From assembly GCA_034530875.2 (NCBI GenBank), contig JAVRCJ020000004.1, positions 256,001-320,000 of the forward strand: a DNA stretch of 64,000 bases, in the 5' to 3' direction. This DNA is from Nostoc sp. DedSLP01 (GTDB lineage: Bacteria; Cyanobacteriota; Cyanobacteriia; Cyanobacteriales; Nostocaceae). The position numbers and the translations under genes are program-made. Below, piece by piece: positions 32,526 to 41,954 of the stretch (within the stretch, counting starts at the first letter, position 1; each line of letters begins with the position of its first letter). The notes under the pieces were generated by a model, which saw nothing but the letters and a program-made list of their open reading frames with translations, had not been told where the DNA came from and did not search any database.

Positions 32526-33206
32526 ATGGAATATCTCGCTTATTCTCACATGTTTAATGCTCGGGAAGAGGCATCTAAAAATACCGAACATAATCTTGCT
32601 AAATCTGCATTTAATTGGCAAAAACCTCTAAAATCTTCTATAGCTATTACTAAAAAAGACGCATCTCCAAAAAGTAAATATAATCTGCTCAAAGATAAAT
32701 TTAATTGGAAAAAACTTATTAAATCATCAGCTTGGTTAACTTTCGCTGGCGTTGGTGTATTATTAATTGCTCTCAGCCAAATGCAAATAACTTTGGCAGC
32801 GTATGTCAGAACTAACGGCAGTTGTCTGCGTATTCGTACAGGCCCAAGCGCGAACTATTCATCTGTAGATTGTGTAAGAAATGGAGCGCCACTTCCAGCA
32901 ATTGAAGGGTATGAAAACGGTTTTGCTAGGCTTTCTACAGGGAGATATGTTTTTGCTCGATGGGTGGCTAATAAACCTAGCATTCCGAACACCAGTAGAC
33001 CTGGTGGTGTTGGCGGTTCGTTCACTCTGACTCCTGGTTCTAGAGGTCAGCTTGTTAGAGACGTTCAAACAGCTTTAGGTAATCTGAGAATCGATGGAAT
33101 TTACGGCCCGGAAACTGTTCGCCAAGTACGAAACTTCCAAGCAAGTAAAGGTCTACTTGTAGATGGTATCGTCGGCCCCGAAACGCGATCGGCTCTGGGG
33201 ATTTAA
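32526..33206 (+). CDS. SH3-like plus peptidoglycan-binding domain protein
   Basis: Transmembrane segment, LRIRTGPS (SH3-like), GSRG...VRDVQ...DGIYGPET and FQ...DGIVGPET PG_binding_1 motifs. Confidence 0.85.
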   Translation: MEYLAYSHMFNAREEASKNTEHNLAKSAFNWQKPLKSSIAITKKDASPKSKYNLLKDKFNWKKLIKSSAWLTFAGVGVLLIALSQMQITLAAYVRTNGSCLRIRTGPSANYSSVDCVRNGAPLPAIEGYENGFARLSTGRYVFARWVANKPSIPNTSRPGGVGGSFTLTPGSRGQLVRDVQTALGNLRIDGIYGPETVRQVRNFQASKGLLVDGIVGPETRSALGI

Positions 33207-33295
33207 TAAGAAAGGTAAACCAAGCTAGAATCCTCTTCCCTGCTGCCTAGCCTGCGGCATCGCTGGCGCGTACTGCCTCCTGCCTTGCGATAACG

Positions 33296-33433
33296 CAATA
33301 CGGTTCAGTTAAGGTTAAAAACTAAAACTAGCGTAGGTTGGGTTGAGGAACGAAACCCAACATTATCAAAGCTTTGTTGGGTTGAGCCTAAGCGTTACCC
33401 AACAAAGCTGTTCTTCTTAACTGAATCCTATTG
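33296..33433. mobile_element. 138-bp MITE (Nezha-like size, TIR and DR pattern)
   Basis: 18-bp imperfect TIR CAATACGGTTCAGTTAAG / CTTAACTGAATCCTATTG; 10-bp DR TGCGATAACG / TGCCATAACG; internal GTTGGGT...ACCCAAC palindromes. Confidence 0.8.
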
Positions 33434-33468
33434 TGCCATAACGATGATTTTTAACACTGAGCTACTTA

Positions 33469-34239
33469 CTATGGCTGCGGCGGTCTAGCTATTACTGCCC
33501 ATACTCGATGATGAACTTTCAGAATTGGTGTGGAATATTTTTCTTCAAGTAATACTGCTAATTCTCGGTCAAATATTTCTACTTTTTCTGGTGTTAAGCT
33601 TGCTCCCACGCCCGCACTAGCACGAATTCGTCCCCGCCAATCTTCATGTGAATAGGGCGCAAATACATCGTAAGAAAATGTGCGGATATCTCGAAATCCG
33701 ACTTCTCCAATATCTTGTAACCACTCGGGATGCAATCCATTACCACCAGCCATATTCCAAGCCGGATTGTGAGTTTTTATGAGTTGTTCTGTGGCTTCAA
33801 CGACGTTACCTTTTAAAGGTATCCAATCAAAATGAGCGATCGCAATTAAACCATTCTTTCTCAATATCCTGATAATTTCCTTGACAGCACGCGGACGGTC
33901 AAACCAATGCCAACACTGTCCGGCGGTGACGACATCAGCACTTGCATCTGGTAAGCCAGTATTTTCAGCAGTTGCAACTCGATAATCTACTTTGATTTGG
34001 GCAGCTTCGCTTAACTGTCTGGCTTGTTCTAGAAGTGAAACTGATGGGTCGATGCCAATTACATAAGCACCTCTATCTGCAAAACCCCGCGCTAGCGTTC
34101 CTGTTCCCGTCCCCAGGTCAACAATGTTTTGCCCCGGTAAACCTATACCATATTCAGAAAGTCTGTTAAATAATGAACTGGGAAAGCCAGCGCGGTGTTT
34201 TGCATAATCGACAGCAGTTGCACCAAAATCAATTTTCAT
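33469..34239 (-). CDS. class I SAM-dependent methyltransferase
   Basis: VDLGTGTG and AGQCWHWFD motifs. Confidence 0.9.
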   Translation of the reverse strand: MKIDFGATAVDYAKHRAGFPSSLFNRLSEYGIGLPGQNIVDLGTGTGTLARGFADRGAYVIGIDPSVSLLEQARQLSEAAQIKVDYRVATAENTGLPDASADVVTAGQCWHWFDRPRAVKEIIRILRKNGLIAIAHFDWIPLKGNVVEATEQLIKTHNPAWNMAGGNGLHPEWLQDIGEVGFRDIRTFSYDVFAPYSHEDWRGRIRASAGVGASLTPEKVEIFDRELAVLLEEKYSTPILKVHHRVWAVIARPPQP

Positions 34240-34272
34240 ACGTTCAAAACTATTCTGTAACAATTGCTTTGG

Positions 34273-34962
34273 CTAGAAGTTTTCTACCCACGGGCGTAGT
34301 TCCACTTCCCATGTCCAAGCACTGCGGGGTTGGCGGAGGATATTGAGATAAGTTTGGGCGATCGCATCTGGATCGAGAGTACTATCAGTATTATCTACTG
34401 GATCTGGGCGGTCTGCTGAACGAATTACACCATCAATAATGAAATGTGCCACATGAATATTCTTTGGTGCAAGTTCCTTAGCAATACTCTGAGCTAAACC
34501 CCGCAGTGCAAATTTACCCATTGCAAAGGGAGCAGCTTGAGGAAAAGCCTTAACGCTGGCTGTGGCTCCAGTAAAGAAGATTGCCCCACCCCCCTGCGCT
34601 AACATCCTTTTGGCAGCAGCTTGGGCAACTAGAAAGCCTCCGTATGCAGTCACTTCTAGAGTTTTTGCCACACCAACGGGATCTAACTCAACCAAAGACC
34701 CCCGCACGCGATAACTAGGGTTATAAATTACGATATTTGGCAAACCTAGCTGATTTTCAACATTAATAAATAACTGTTCGACTTCATCTGGTTTTGAAGC
34801 GTCAGCGGCAAAACTAACCGCCGCAATTTCAGTAGTTAGCTGGTTGAGTTTTTCTGTTTGACGAGCTGCTAAAGCGACGCTGATTCCCTCTTTGGCAAAT
34901 AACCGGGCTAAAGAGGCACTTAGTCCGCTACCTGCTCCGACTATCAATGCTGTTGTTGCCAT
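34273..34962 (-). CDS. short-chain dehydrogenase/reductase
   Basis: GAGSGLS, TGATAS, KFALRGLAQS and HVAHFIIDG motifs. Confidence 0.9.
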   Translation of the reverse strand: MATTALIVGAGSGLSASLARLFAKEGISVALAARQTEKLNQLTTEIAAVSFAADASKPDEVEQLFINVENQLGLPNIVIYNPSYRVRGSLVELDPVGVAKTLEVTAYGGFLVAQAAAKRMLAQGGGAIFFTGATASVKAFPQAAPFAMGKFALRGLAQSIAKELAPKNIHVAHFIIDGVIRSADRPDPVDNTDSTLDPDAIAQTYLNILRQPRSAWTWEVELRPWVENF

Positions 34963-34966
34963 AATT

Positions 34967-36259
34967 TCAAGTTTCCTGTTTTAATAGCTGTGAATTGCCC
35001 CTAGTAGGGCTTTGACCAATCCGCAGTACGCAAACTGCGGCAATTAAGCATAGAAGGCCAGATAAAATAAACGCTTGCAAATAACTACCCGTCTGCGTTC
35101 TTAAGGCTCCGGCTCCTAATGCTGCCGTGGCTGCACCGATTTGATGTCCTGCTACAATCCAGCCAAACATGACGCCGACATTTTCTTTACCGAAGGCATT
35201 GGCGACAAGACGTACTGTAGGCGGTACAGTGGCAATCCAATCAAGTCCATAGAAGACGGCGAAGGCAGAAAGCCCATAAAAAGAAAAATTGAAACTGAAG
35301 GGTAAGAAAATCAAAGACAAACCCCGAAGCCCGTAGTACCAGCATAATAAGTAGCGATTATTCCAACGGTCAGATAGCCAGCCGGAAATAGTTGTCCCCA
35401 GAAAATCAAATAGACCCATGATTGCTAAAAGACTTGCTGCCTTGACTTCTGGGATACCATTATCGATACAAGCGGGAATTAGATGAGTGCCAATCAAGCC
35501 ATTTGTGCTTGCGCCGCAGATAAAAAAGCTACCAAATAACAGCCAAAAGTCGCGGTTACCCATTCCCAGCCAAAGGGCACTGAAGGTAGAGGCGATGGAA
35601 TTTGTTTTCGGCTGGATTGCTTCCCCAGTTTCGCTCTTGTCGCCAAAGGGTCGCAAACCGACTTCTGCCGGCCGATCGCGCATAAAAATTGCGATCGCTG
35701 GAATAATTAAAACTGCCGCACCAGTGAGAACTAAAGCCGCAGTTCGCCAGCCAAAGCGATCGGCAATGGAAGCTAGTATCGGTAAAAACACCAGTTGTCC
35801 GGTAGCTGTACTCGCAGTCAAGATACCAAGAACCAAACCCCGTCTTTCAAAAAACCAGCGATTGACAACAATTGCCCCCAAAACGAGGGCGATAACTCCG
35901 CTACCACAACCGACAACTATGCCCCACAACAATACTAGCTGCCAGGGCGCTGACATGAAAGTAGTTAAACCGACACCAATCGCGATCGCACCCAGCGCAC
36001 ACACCATCATCCGCCGAATGCCGATTTGTTCCATGAGTGTGGCAGCAAAAGGGCCGATTAGTCCGTAAAGTACCAAGTTCAGCGATATCGCCAAAGATAT
36101 AGTAGCTCTACTCCAACCGAATTCTTGTTCGAGAGGTACGATAAAAACTCCGGGAGCAGAGCGAATTCCAGCAGCCACCAGCAAGGCGAGGAATGTTAAA
36201 CCTGCCGCAATCCATGCATAGTGGAATGAACGACGCGCTAGGAAGGAGGGTAGGGACAT
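34967..36259 (-). CDS. MFS transporter
   Basis: About 12 hydrophobic segments; FGWSR, RWFFERRG and GWLSDR motifs. Confidence 0.92.
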   Translation of the reverse strand: MSLPSFLARRSFHYAWIAAGLTFLALLVAAGIRSAPGVFIVPLEQEFGWSRATISLAISLNLVLYGLIGPFAATLMEQIGIRRMMVCALGAIAIGVGLTTFMSAPWQLVLLWGIVVGCGSGVIALVLGAIVVNRWFFERRGLVLGILTASTATGQLVFLPILASIADRFGWRTAALVLTGAAVLIIPAIAIFMRDRPAEVGLRPFGDKSETGEAIQPKTNSIASTFSALWLGMGNRDFWLLFGSFFICGASTNGLIGTHLIPACIDNGIPEVKAASLLAIMGLFDFLGTTISGWLSDRWNNRYLLCWYYGLRGLSLIFLPFSFNFSFYGLSAFAVFYGLDWIATVPPTVRLVANAFGKENVGVMFGWIVAGHQIGAATAALGAGALRTQTGSYLQAFILSGLLCLIAAVCVLRIGQSPTRGNSQLLKQET

Positions 36260-36442
36260 GGTTGGGGATTGGGGAGATAGAGGAGACAGGGAGATGGGGA
36301 GATGGACAGGCAGGGGAGCAGGGAGTAGAGGAGAGAATAATAACTCCTAACTCTTGTACAGACAAGGGTTAATCGGATCTCTCCTTACTCATCAGCACTC
36401 CCAATCCCCAGTCACCAGTCCCCAGTCCCCATTTACAAAAGA

Positions 36443-37108
36443 TTAATCCTGATATGGGTTACCGATTCTGTCTACAGAAACGTTGTAGGAAAATGGCAAA
36501 CGACCGGGATTTAAACGTGGTTCTGCTGCGTAGCCGACGGGAACTAAAACAGCGATCGCTAAATGTGGATCTTCCGCTGCACCAATCACTTCTTTGACTT
36601 TCTCTTCAATCCAACCGTTCATAAAACAAGTGGACAACCCCAAACTTTCTGCTGCTAATACCAAATGGGTAGCAGCAATGATCGCATCTTTAATGGCATA
36701 TTCGCGTTTCTTGTCGCCCAATCCACCTTGGAATTGTGGGATGGCGTTTCTAAAGTAGTCTACGGTCTGTTCATTCCATGCCCCAGTCTTTTGTGCCTGC
36801 TCCAGAATTGGGGTTAAGTCTTGTTCGCCTGCGTTGGGATTGGCAGCAAACACAAAGGTTACAGGTGCTTGAACAATTTGCTGCTGATTCCAAGCTGCTG
36901 CTGAGAGCGCGGCCTTTTGGGCTTCATCTTGCACAAGAATAATTTGCCAGTCTTGGATATTAAAACTGCTGGGCGCTGCCACAGTTAACTCTACCAATTG
37001 TTTGAGCAGTTCTGGAGCGATGGGGTCTGGTTTAAAAGTTTTGATCGAACGACGTTGAGCGATCGCAGTTGGTACATCTAAAGCTTGGATTTGCGCGATT
37101 GTACTCAT
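36443..37108 (-). CDS. nitroreductase family protein
   Basis: RRSIK, APSSFNIQDW and GLSTCFMNG motifs. Confidence 0.92.
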   Translation of the reverse strand: MSTIAQIQALDVPTAIAQRRSIKTFKPDPIAPELLKQLVELTVAAPSSFNIQDWQIILVQDEAQKAALSAAAWNQQQIVQAPVTFVFAANPNAGEQDLTPILEQAQKTGAWNEQTVDYFRNAIPQFQGGLGDKKREYAIKDAIIAATHLVLAAESLGLSTCFMNGWIEEKVKEVIGAAEDPHLAIAVLVPVGYAAEPRLNPGRLPFSYNVSVDRIGNPYQD

Positions 37109-37372
37109 GGGATTGTCCTGATAGTTAAAGTTATGAAAGGTTTGTGGATTTTACTCTGCATAGAGTAATTCAGCAGCATTAGAGAAGGGTGAGTATAATG
37201 TGTTCTTCTCTAATTCGCATCTATATTAACTGGGTTAGATATGTGTTCGTCGATAATGCGCGATTGTCCCCTGCTCCCCGATCCCTGCCCGCTAAATGAT
37301 AAGTCTTCAACCGGACACGATATGACATCTCAGAGTGCGAAAACTGAGTTTTAATTATTCAGATGAAAAAAA

Positions 37373-38485
37373 TTAGGCGTTGGCTACCTGTTCGCTGGGA
37401 GTTGTCCAAAATGGATAGTCTGTATATCCGTGTTCGCCGCCTCCATAAAAGGTGGCTTGATTTGCTTCGTTTAGTGGCGCATTCAAAGCGAAGCGTCGAG
37501 GTAAATCAGGATTTGAGATAAATAACGTGCCAAAGGCAACTAAATCGGCTGTTTTGTTGGCGATTACAGCATCGGCTTTTTCACGAGTATAACCACCATT
37601 GACGATGAGTGTATTTGTAAAGCGATCGCGTATGTGACTAGTGGGTACAACAATCGCGCCATGTCTGATATCTGCATCTAATGCCTCAAAAATATGCAGA
37701 TATCCCAAATTAAACTGATTCAAAGCACCAGCCGCATAACCAAATGTTTCCACTGGATTGGAGTCACGCATATCGTTAAAAGTTCCACTGGGAGATAAAC
37801 GTACCCCTACTCGATGAGAATCCCACACACTAGTTACCGCCTCTGTCACTTCAAACAAAAATCGAGTCCGATTTTCAATGGAACCACCATATTTATCTGT
37901 GCGCTGATTTGTACCATCCCGCAGAAACTGATCTATTAAATAACCATTAGCTGCATGAATTTCTACGCCATCAAACCCAGCTGCCAGGGCATTTGCAGCT
38001 GCTTGACGATACTGTTCGACTATCTGGGGTATTTCTGAAGTTTCTAAAGCACGGGGAGTCACAAAGGGTTTAGGCCCCTCAAAAGTTGAGGCTTCACCTC
38101 TAGCAGCAATAGCAGAAGGAGCCACAGGTAAAGCTCCATCGGGTTGTAAGTCGGGGTGAGAAATCCTGCCTACATGCCATAATTGCAGAAAAATTCTCCC
38201 TCCTTCATGATGTACAGCATCGGTGACTAACTTCCAACCTTCCACTTGCTCTGGTGAATGAATCCCAGGCGTACCGGGATAGCCTTGTCCTTCTGGACTG
38301 ACCTGTGTTGCTTCAGAAATAATCAGTCCAGCCGAAGCACGTTGGGCATAGTAGGTAGCATTGAGTTGATATGGTACATTTCCCTCACCCGCCCTATTCC
38401 GAGTTAACGGCGCCATCACTATCCGGTTCGGTAGTTCCAGATTCCCTAATTGATAAGGTGAAAATAAGTTAATATCGATACCCAT
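37373..38485 (-). CDS. Old Yellow Enzyme alkene reductase (NemA-like)
   Basis: NRIVMAPLTR, QLWHVGR, EIHAANGYLIDQF and FYGGG...GYTDYP motifs. Confidence 0.93.
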   Translation of the reverse strand: MGIDINLFSPYQLGNLELPNRIVMAPLTRNRAGEGNVPYQLNATYYAQRASAGLIISEATQVSPEGQGYPGTPGIHSPEQVEGWKLVTDAVHHEGGRIFLQLWHVGRISHPDLQPDGALPVAPSAIAARGEASTFEGPKPFVTPRALETSEIPQIVEQYRQAAANALAAGFDGVEIHAANGYLIDQFLRDGTNQRTDKYGGSIENRTRFLFEVTEAVTSVWDSHRVGVRLSPSGTFNDMRDSNPVETFGYAAGALNQFNLGYLHIFEALDADIRHGAIVVPTSHIRDRFTNTLIVNGGYTREKADAVIANKTADLVAFGTLFISNPDLPRRFALNAPLNEANQATFYGGGEHGYTDYPFWTTPSEQVANA

Positions 38486-38617
38486 TGGTTATATCTCCAA
38501 ATTGTCATTTGTTATTAGTGATTTGCCAAACAGGGTATGGGGCAGAAGTTATTTAATTTTGAATTTTGAATTTTGAATTTTGAATTGATTTGTCTCCCCA
38601 TGCCCCACTCTCGCACA

Positions 38618-39412
38618 TTAAACAATCGACCGAATAACACCACCGTCTACCCGCAAAGCTGCACCATTGGTTGCTGACGCCAGGGGGCTGGATAGGTAAA
38701 CGACCATCGCCGCTACTTCTTCATTTGTTGCAAAGCGTTTAATTAGGGAAGTTGGACGTACATTTTGGAAAAATTCCGCCTCAACTTGGGCTGGACTAAC
38801 ACTACGTTCCTGCGCTAGGTTGGAAATAAAATCTTCAACACCTTCGGAACGGGTTGGCCCTGGTAAGACCGAGTTCACGGTGACTCCAGTACCAACTGTC
38901 ATTTCTGCTAGACCCCGCGCAATGGCAAGCTGGGCTGTCTTAGTTGTGCCGTAGTGAATCATTTCCACAGGAATCTGAATAGCAGATTCACTGGAGATAA
39001 AAATTATCCGCCCCCAATTTTGGTCTAGCTGCTTTTGCAAATATTGCCGACTCAAACGAACTCCACTGAGTACGTTTACCTCAAATATTTTTAACCAGTC
39101 TTCATCAGTAATCTCAAAGAAGGTTTTTGGCTCATAGATACCTAGATTGTTAATTAGGATATCAACATGACGAACTTCTTGAAAAAGTTGTTCGACTCCT
39201 GCTTTTGTAGCTGTGTCAGCAACAACGCCAGAAACTTTCGCTTCAGGTACACTTTGCTGAATTTTAGCGATCGCCTGTGCTACTCTTTGCTCAGACCGAC
39301 CGTTAACAACTACTGCTGCACCCTCTTGAGCTAGCGCTTGGGCTATGGCAAAACCAATACCTGCGGTTGAGCCAGTTACCAATGCGGATTTACCATGCAA
39401 TTTCAAGTCCAT
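38618..39412 (-). CDS. short-chain dehydrogenase/reductase
   Basis: TGSTAGIG, NNLG, YGTTK and VDGG motifs. Confidence 0.92.
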   Translation of the reverse strand: MDLKLHGKSALVTGSTAGIGFAIAQALAQEGAAVVVNGRSEQRVAQAIAKIQQSVPEAKVSGVVADTATKAGVEQLFQEVRHVDILINNLGIYEPKTFFEITDEDWLKIFEVNVLSGVRLSRQYLQKQLDQNWGRIIFISSESAIQIPVEMIHYGTTKTAQLAIARGLAEMTVGTGVTVNSVLPGPTRSEGVEDFISNLAQERSVSPAQVEAEFFQNVRPTSLIKRFATNEEVAAMVVYLSSPLASATNGAALRVDGGVIRSIV

Positions 39413-39567
39413 TTGGCTCTTTTCCCGTTAATTTACTTTGGGATTAGGGACTGGTGACTGGTGACTGGTGACTAGGGACTGGGAGTTCTGAGTGCTGAAT
39501 TATGAGTTATGAGTGATTCTCCTCTGCCCCCTGCTCCCCTGCTTCCCCATCTCCCCAGTCCCCAGAT

Positions 39568-39891
39568 CTAAAGATGCTGTGCTAAGGTCTTATTCAAGGT
39601 AGTCTTGGGAACTGCCCCTACCACAGTATCGACTTGCCGACCTTGTTTAAAAACCATTAGCGTTGGAATGCTGCGAATTCCATAATGGCTGGCTACAGTA
39701 GGATTTTGATCTGTGTTTAGCTTGACTACTTTTACCTGTCCTTCATATTCAGCAGCAACTTCATCTACAACCGGAGCCACCATCCGACAAGGGCCGCACC
39801 ACGGTGCCCAAAAGTCCACTAAGACTGGAATTGCACTTTCCAAGACTTCTTGCTTGAATGTGGCTTCTGTGACATTTGTAATGGATGACAT
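39568..39891 (-). CDS. trxA: thioredoxin (trxA2-type)
   Basis: WCGPC active site; divergent from a rexT-like gene. Confidence 0.95.
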   Translation of the reverse strand: MSSITNVTEATFKQEVLESAIPVLVDFWAPWCGPCRMVAPVVDEVAAEYEGQVKVVKLNTDQNPTVASHYGIRSIPTLMVFKQGRQVDTVVGAVPKTTLNKTLAQHL

Positions 39892-39917
39892 AAATTGCCT
39901 TCCTGATTAATTCTATT

Positions 39918-39934
39918 ATTCGATAATATCGAAT
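39918..39934. promoter_or_regulatory. putative RexT operator
   Basis: Perfect inverted repeat ATTCGAT-AAT-ATCGAAT in the 80-bp divergent intergenic region. Confidence 0.7.
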
Positions 39935-39971
39935 TATAAAAATATATGCCACTTGATGGGATAATGCAAGC

Positions 39972-40331
39972 ATGAGATTCCTTTATCATCCAGATAGAAA
40001 AAATATTTCCTTACCCGGAGTGTTATATGCATTGGGCGACCCAGTGCGGTTAGAGATTGTCCGGCTCTTAGCTAGTGAGGGAGAACAGTGCTGTGCGAGG
40101 TTTGATTTTGCGATCGCCAAGTCTACTATGTCCAATCACTTTAAAATTTTACGCGAATCGGGGATAGTATTTACACGTAAAGAAGGAACACAGCACATTA
40201 ATATACTGCGGCGTGAAGATTTAGAGATGCTGTTTCCAGGTTTGTTGGATGCGGTGTTGAAAGCAGCTCAACCATTCTCTGCTGACGCTGTAAATACTAC
40301 GCAAACAGCCTCAACTAAAGCTCATAAATAA
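39972..40331 (+). CDS. rexT: ArsR/SmtB-family redox-sensing regulator
   Basis: ALGDPVRL, KSTMSNHFKILRESG and vicinal Cys40-Cys41; divergent from thioredoxin. Confidence 0.85.
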   Translation: MRFLYHPDRKNISLPGVLYALGDPVRLEIVRLLASEGEQCCARFDFAIAKSTMSNHFKILRESGIVFTRKEGTQHINILRREDLEMLFPGLLDAVLKAAQPFSADAVNTTQTASTKAHK

Positions 40332-40558
40332 ACTTGCAACCATGATTTATAGCCTCTGGCAAGTTCCTGAATAAAATTGAGTTCTTCAGCCTCAAGATTA
40401 TTAAATAGATTGCGATATTGCCAACCACGCTCGTAACGACTCAGCATTTGTTCTGGAGTAAACCGATATACGTCAGTGGTTTGCCAACAGATTGACTCCA
40501 GAAAAGGCAACTTTTTGGGAACAATCAGAGGATTATTTTCTGGCTTTGCGGTTGCCAT
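40322..40558 (-). CDS. small conserved hypothetical protein
   Basis: LPFLESICWQ...LSRYERGW...EELNFIQEL pattern; convergent with and overlapping the rexT stop by 10 bp. Confidence 0.65.
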   Translation of the reverse strand: MATAKPENNPLIVPKKLPFLESICWQTTDVYRFTPEQMLSRYERGWQYRNLFNNLEAEELNFIQELARGYKSWLQVYL

Positions 40559-40595
40559 AACTGTTTTTATCAACTACTTTTGGCTTGCTTTAATT

Positions 40596-41831
40596 TTACG
40601 GATAAACTCTTCCTTTCCAACTGCCACCGCGTCCTTGCCAGTGACGGATTGCAGAATCTAGAGTCATCAAAGTATAGAGAAAAGCGATCGCAGGTAAACT
40701 AAAAGCTAACCAAAAAGAACATTTATAAAAGCGAATTGTTGGATAGTAAGCCCAGGTCATTAATAACCAAGAGAATAAAGCTGTAAATAAGATTGCCCAA
40801 TTACCCCAAATTACACCCAAAATCACACCGAGAGGTGGAACTAAATAAATTAAGCTCATCCCTACCAAAGTTCCCAATAGTAATAATGGAGAATAATTCA
40901 GTTGCGTATAGGCAGTACGAGCAACCATATCCCAAATTGTCGCCAGGGAATTATAAGGACGCAAACTCCGAGTTAAAGTACTCAATCCCAACCAGATACG
41001 CCCTGTACTGGTGATTGGCGATTGGGGATTGGGTATTGGGGATTGGAAAAACTCTTTCCTAGTCCCCAGTCTCCAGTCCCCAGTCCCTCTCTTAACCGCC
41101 CCAGCCAAGGCACAATCATCAATTAAAGCTTGGCGAATCGTTTGAATACCCCCAATTCGCTCTAAAGCTGCTCGACGAATTAGAATCGAGCCTCCAGCAG
41201 CAGCGGCTATGGGATGCTTGGGATTATTCACCCAGCGGAAAGGATAGAGTTTTTGGAAGAAAAAGACGAAAGCGGGAATCAATAATTTTTCCCAAAAGCT
41301 TTCACACCTGAGCCGCACCATTACAGAAACCAAGTCTAAATTTTCCTGCTCGGCTTTAGCAATCAGTCGCTGGAGATTACTAACATCATGTTGGATATCT
41401 GCGTCGGTGAGGAAATAATAGTCAGGTGCTAATAAACTCGCGCTATTTATACCTTGCTCAACTGCCCATAGTTTCCCCGACCAACCGGGAGGTAGCGATT
41501 CTCCAGAAATAATATGCAATTGCTGGGATTTACCTAAGGCGTAGGCGACTCCTTCGGCAAAGTTTGCTGTACCGTCCGTGCTCCGGTCGTCTACTAAAAA
41601 CACGTCCAAAGAACCAGGATAATCTTGGAGTAAGAGCGATCGCAAGCTGATTGGTAACAACTCAGCTTCGTTACGCGCAGGCACCACCGCACAAATCACA
41701 GGTAAAGACGTTGTATACAATGTCTCCACCTCTAATTGCTGGTCTAGCCGCCAAAAATGCCCCCAAAAACACAGTAATCCTAACCAAATTGTTAAGGATA
41801 AAAGCATCAATCCTAATACAATTACACCCAT
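40596..41831 (-). CDS. hpnB: hopanoid-associated glycosyltransferase (GT2)
   Basis: PARNEA, DDRSTDGT, GWSGKLWA, TDAD, IDDC and WKGR motifs; divergent from shc. Confidence 0.85.
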   Translation of the reverse strand: MGVIVLGLMLLSLTIWLGLLCFWGHFWRLDQQLEVETLYTTSLPVICAVVPARNEAELLPISLRSLLLQDYPGSLDVFLVDDRSTDGTANFAEGVAYALGKSQQLHIISGESLPPGWSGKLWAVEQGINSASLLAPDYYFLTDADIQHDVSNLQRLIAKAEQENLDLVSVMVRLRCESFWEKLLIPAFVFFFQKLYPFRWVNNPKHPIAAAAGGSILIRRAALERIGGIQTIRQALIDDCALAGAVKRGTGDWRLGTRKEFFQSPIPNPQSPITSTGRIWLGLSTLTRSLRPYNSLATIWDMVARTAYTQLNYSPLLLLGTLVGMSLIYLVPPLGVILGVIWGNWAILFTALFSWLLMTWAYYPTIRFYKCSFWLAFSLPAIAFLYTLMTLDSAIRHWQGRGGSWKGRVYP

Positions 41832-41954
41832 GACCTATTGCAAATTGTCAGTGACTCAGACACAATACTATGTCTCTTGATAGAGAAAAATAATTTTTTT
41901 CCGTGTACTGCCGTTATTTATAACTAGGTTGAGTGTTGAGGTTGAACGGTTTTC

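Noticed and set aside
35487..36068. 193-aa plus-strand ORF and other antisense ORFs (50289-50795, 61282-61722, 21685-22152)
   Set aside because: They lie antisense to well-supported genes and carry no independent family motifs.
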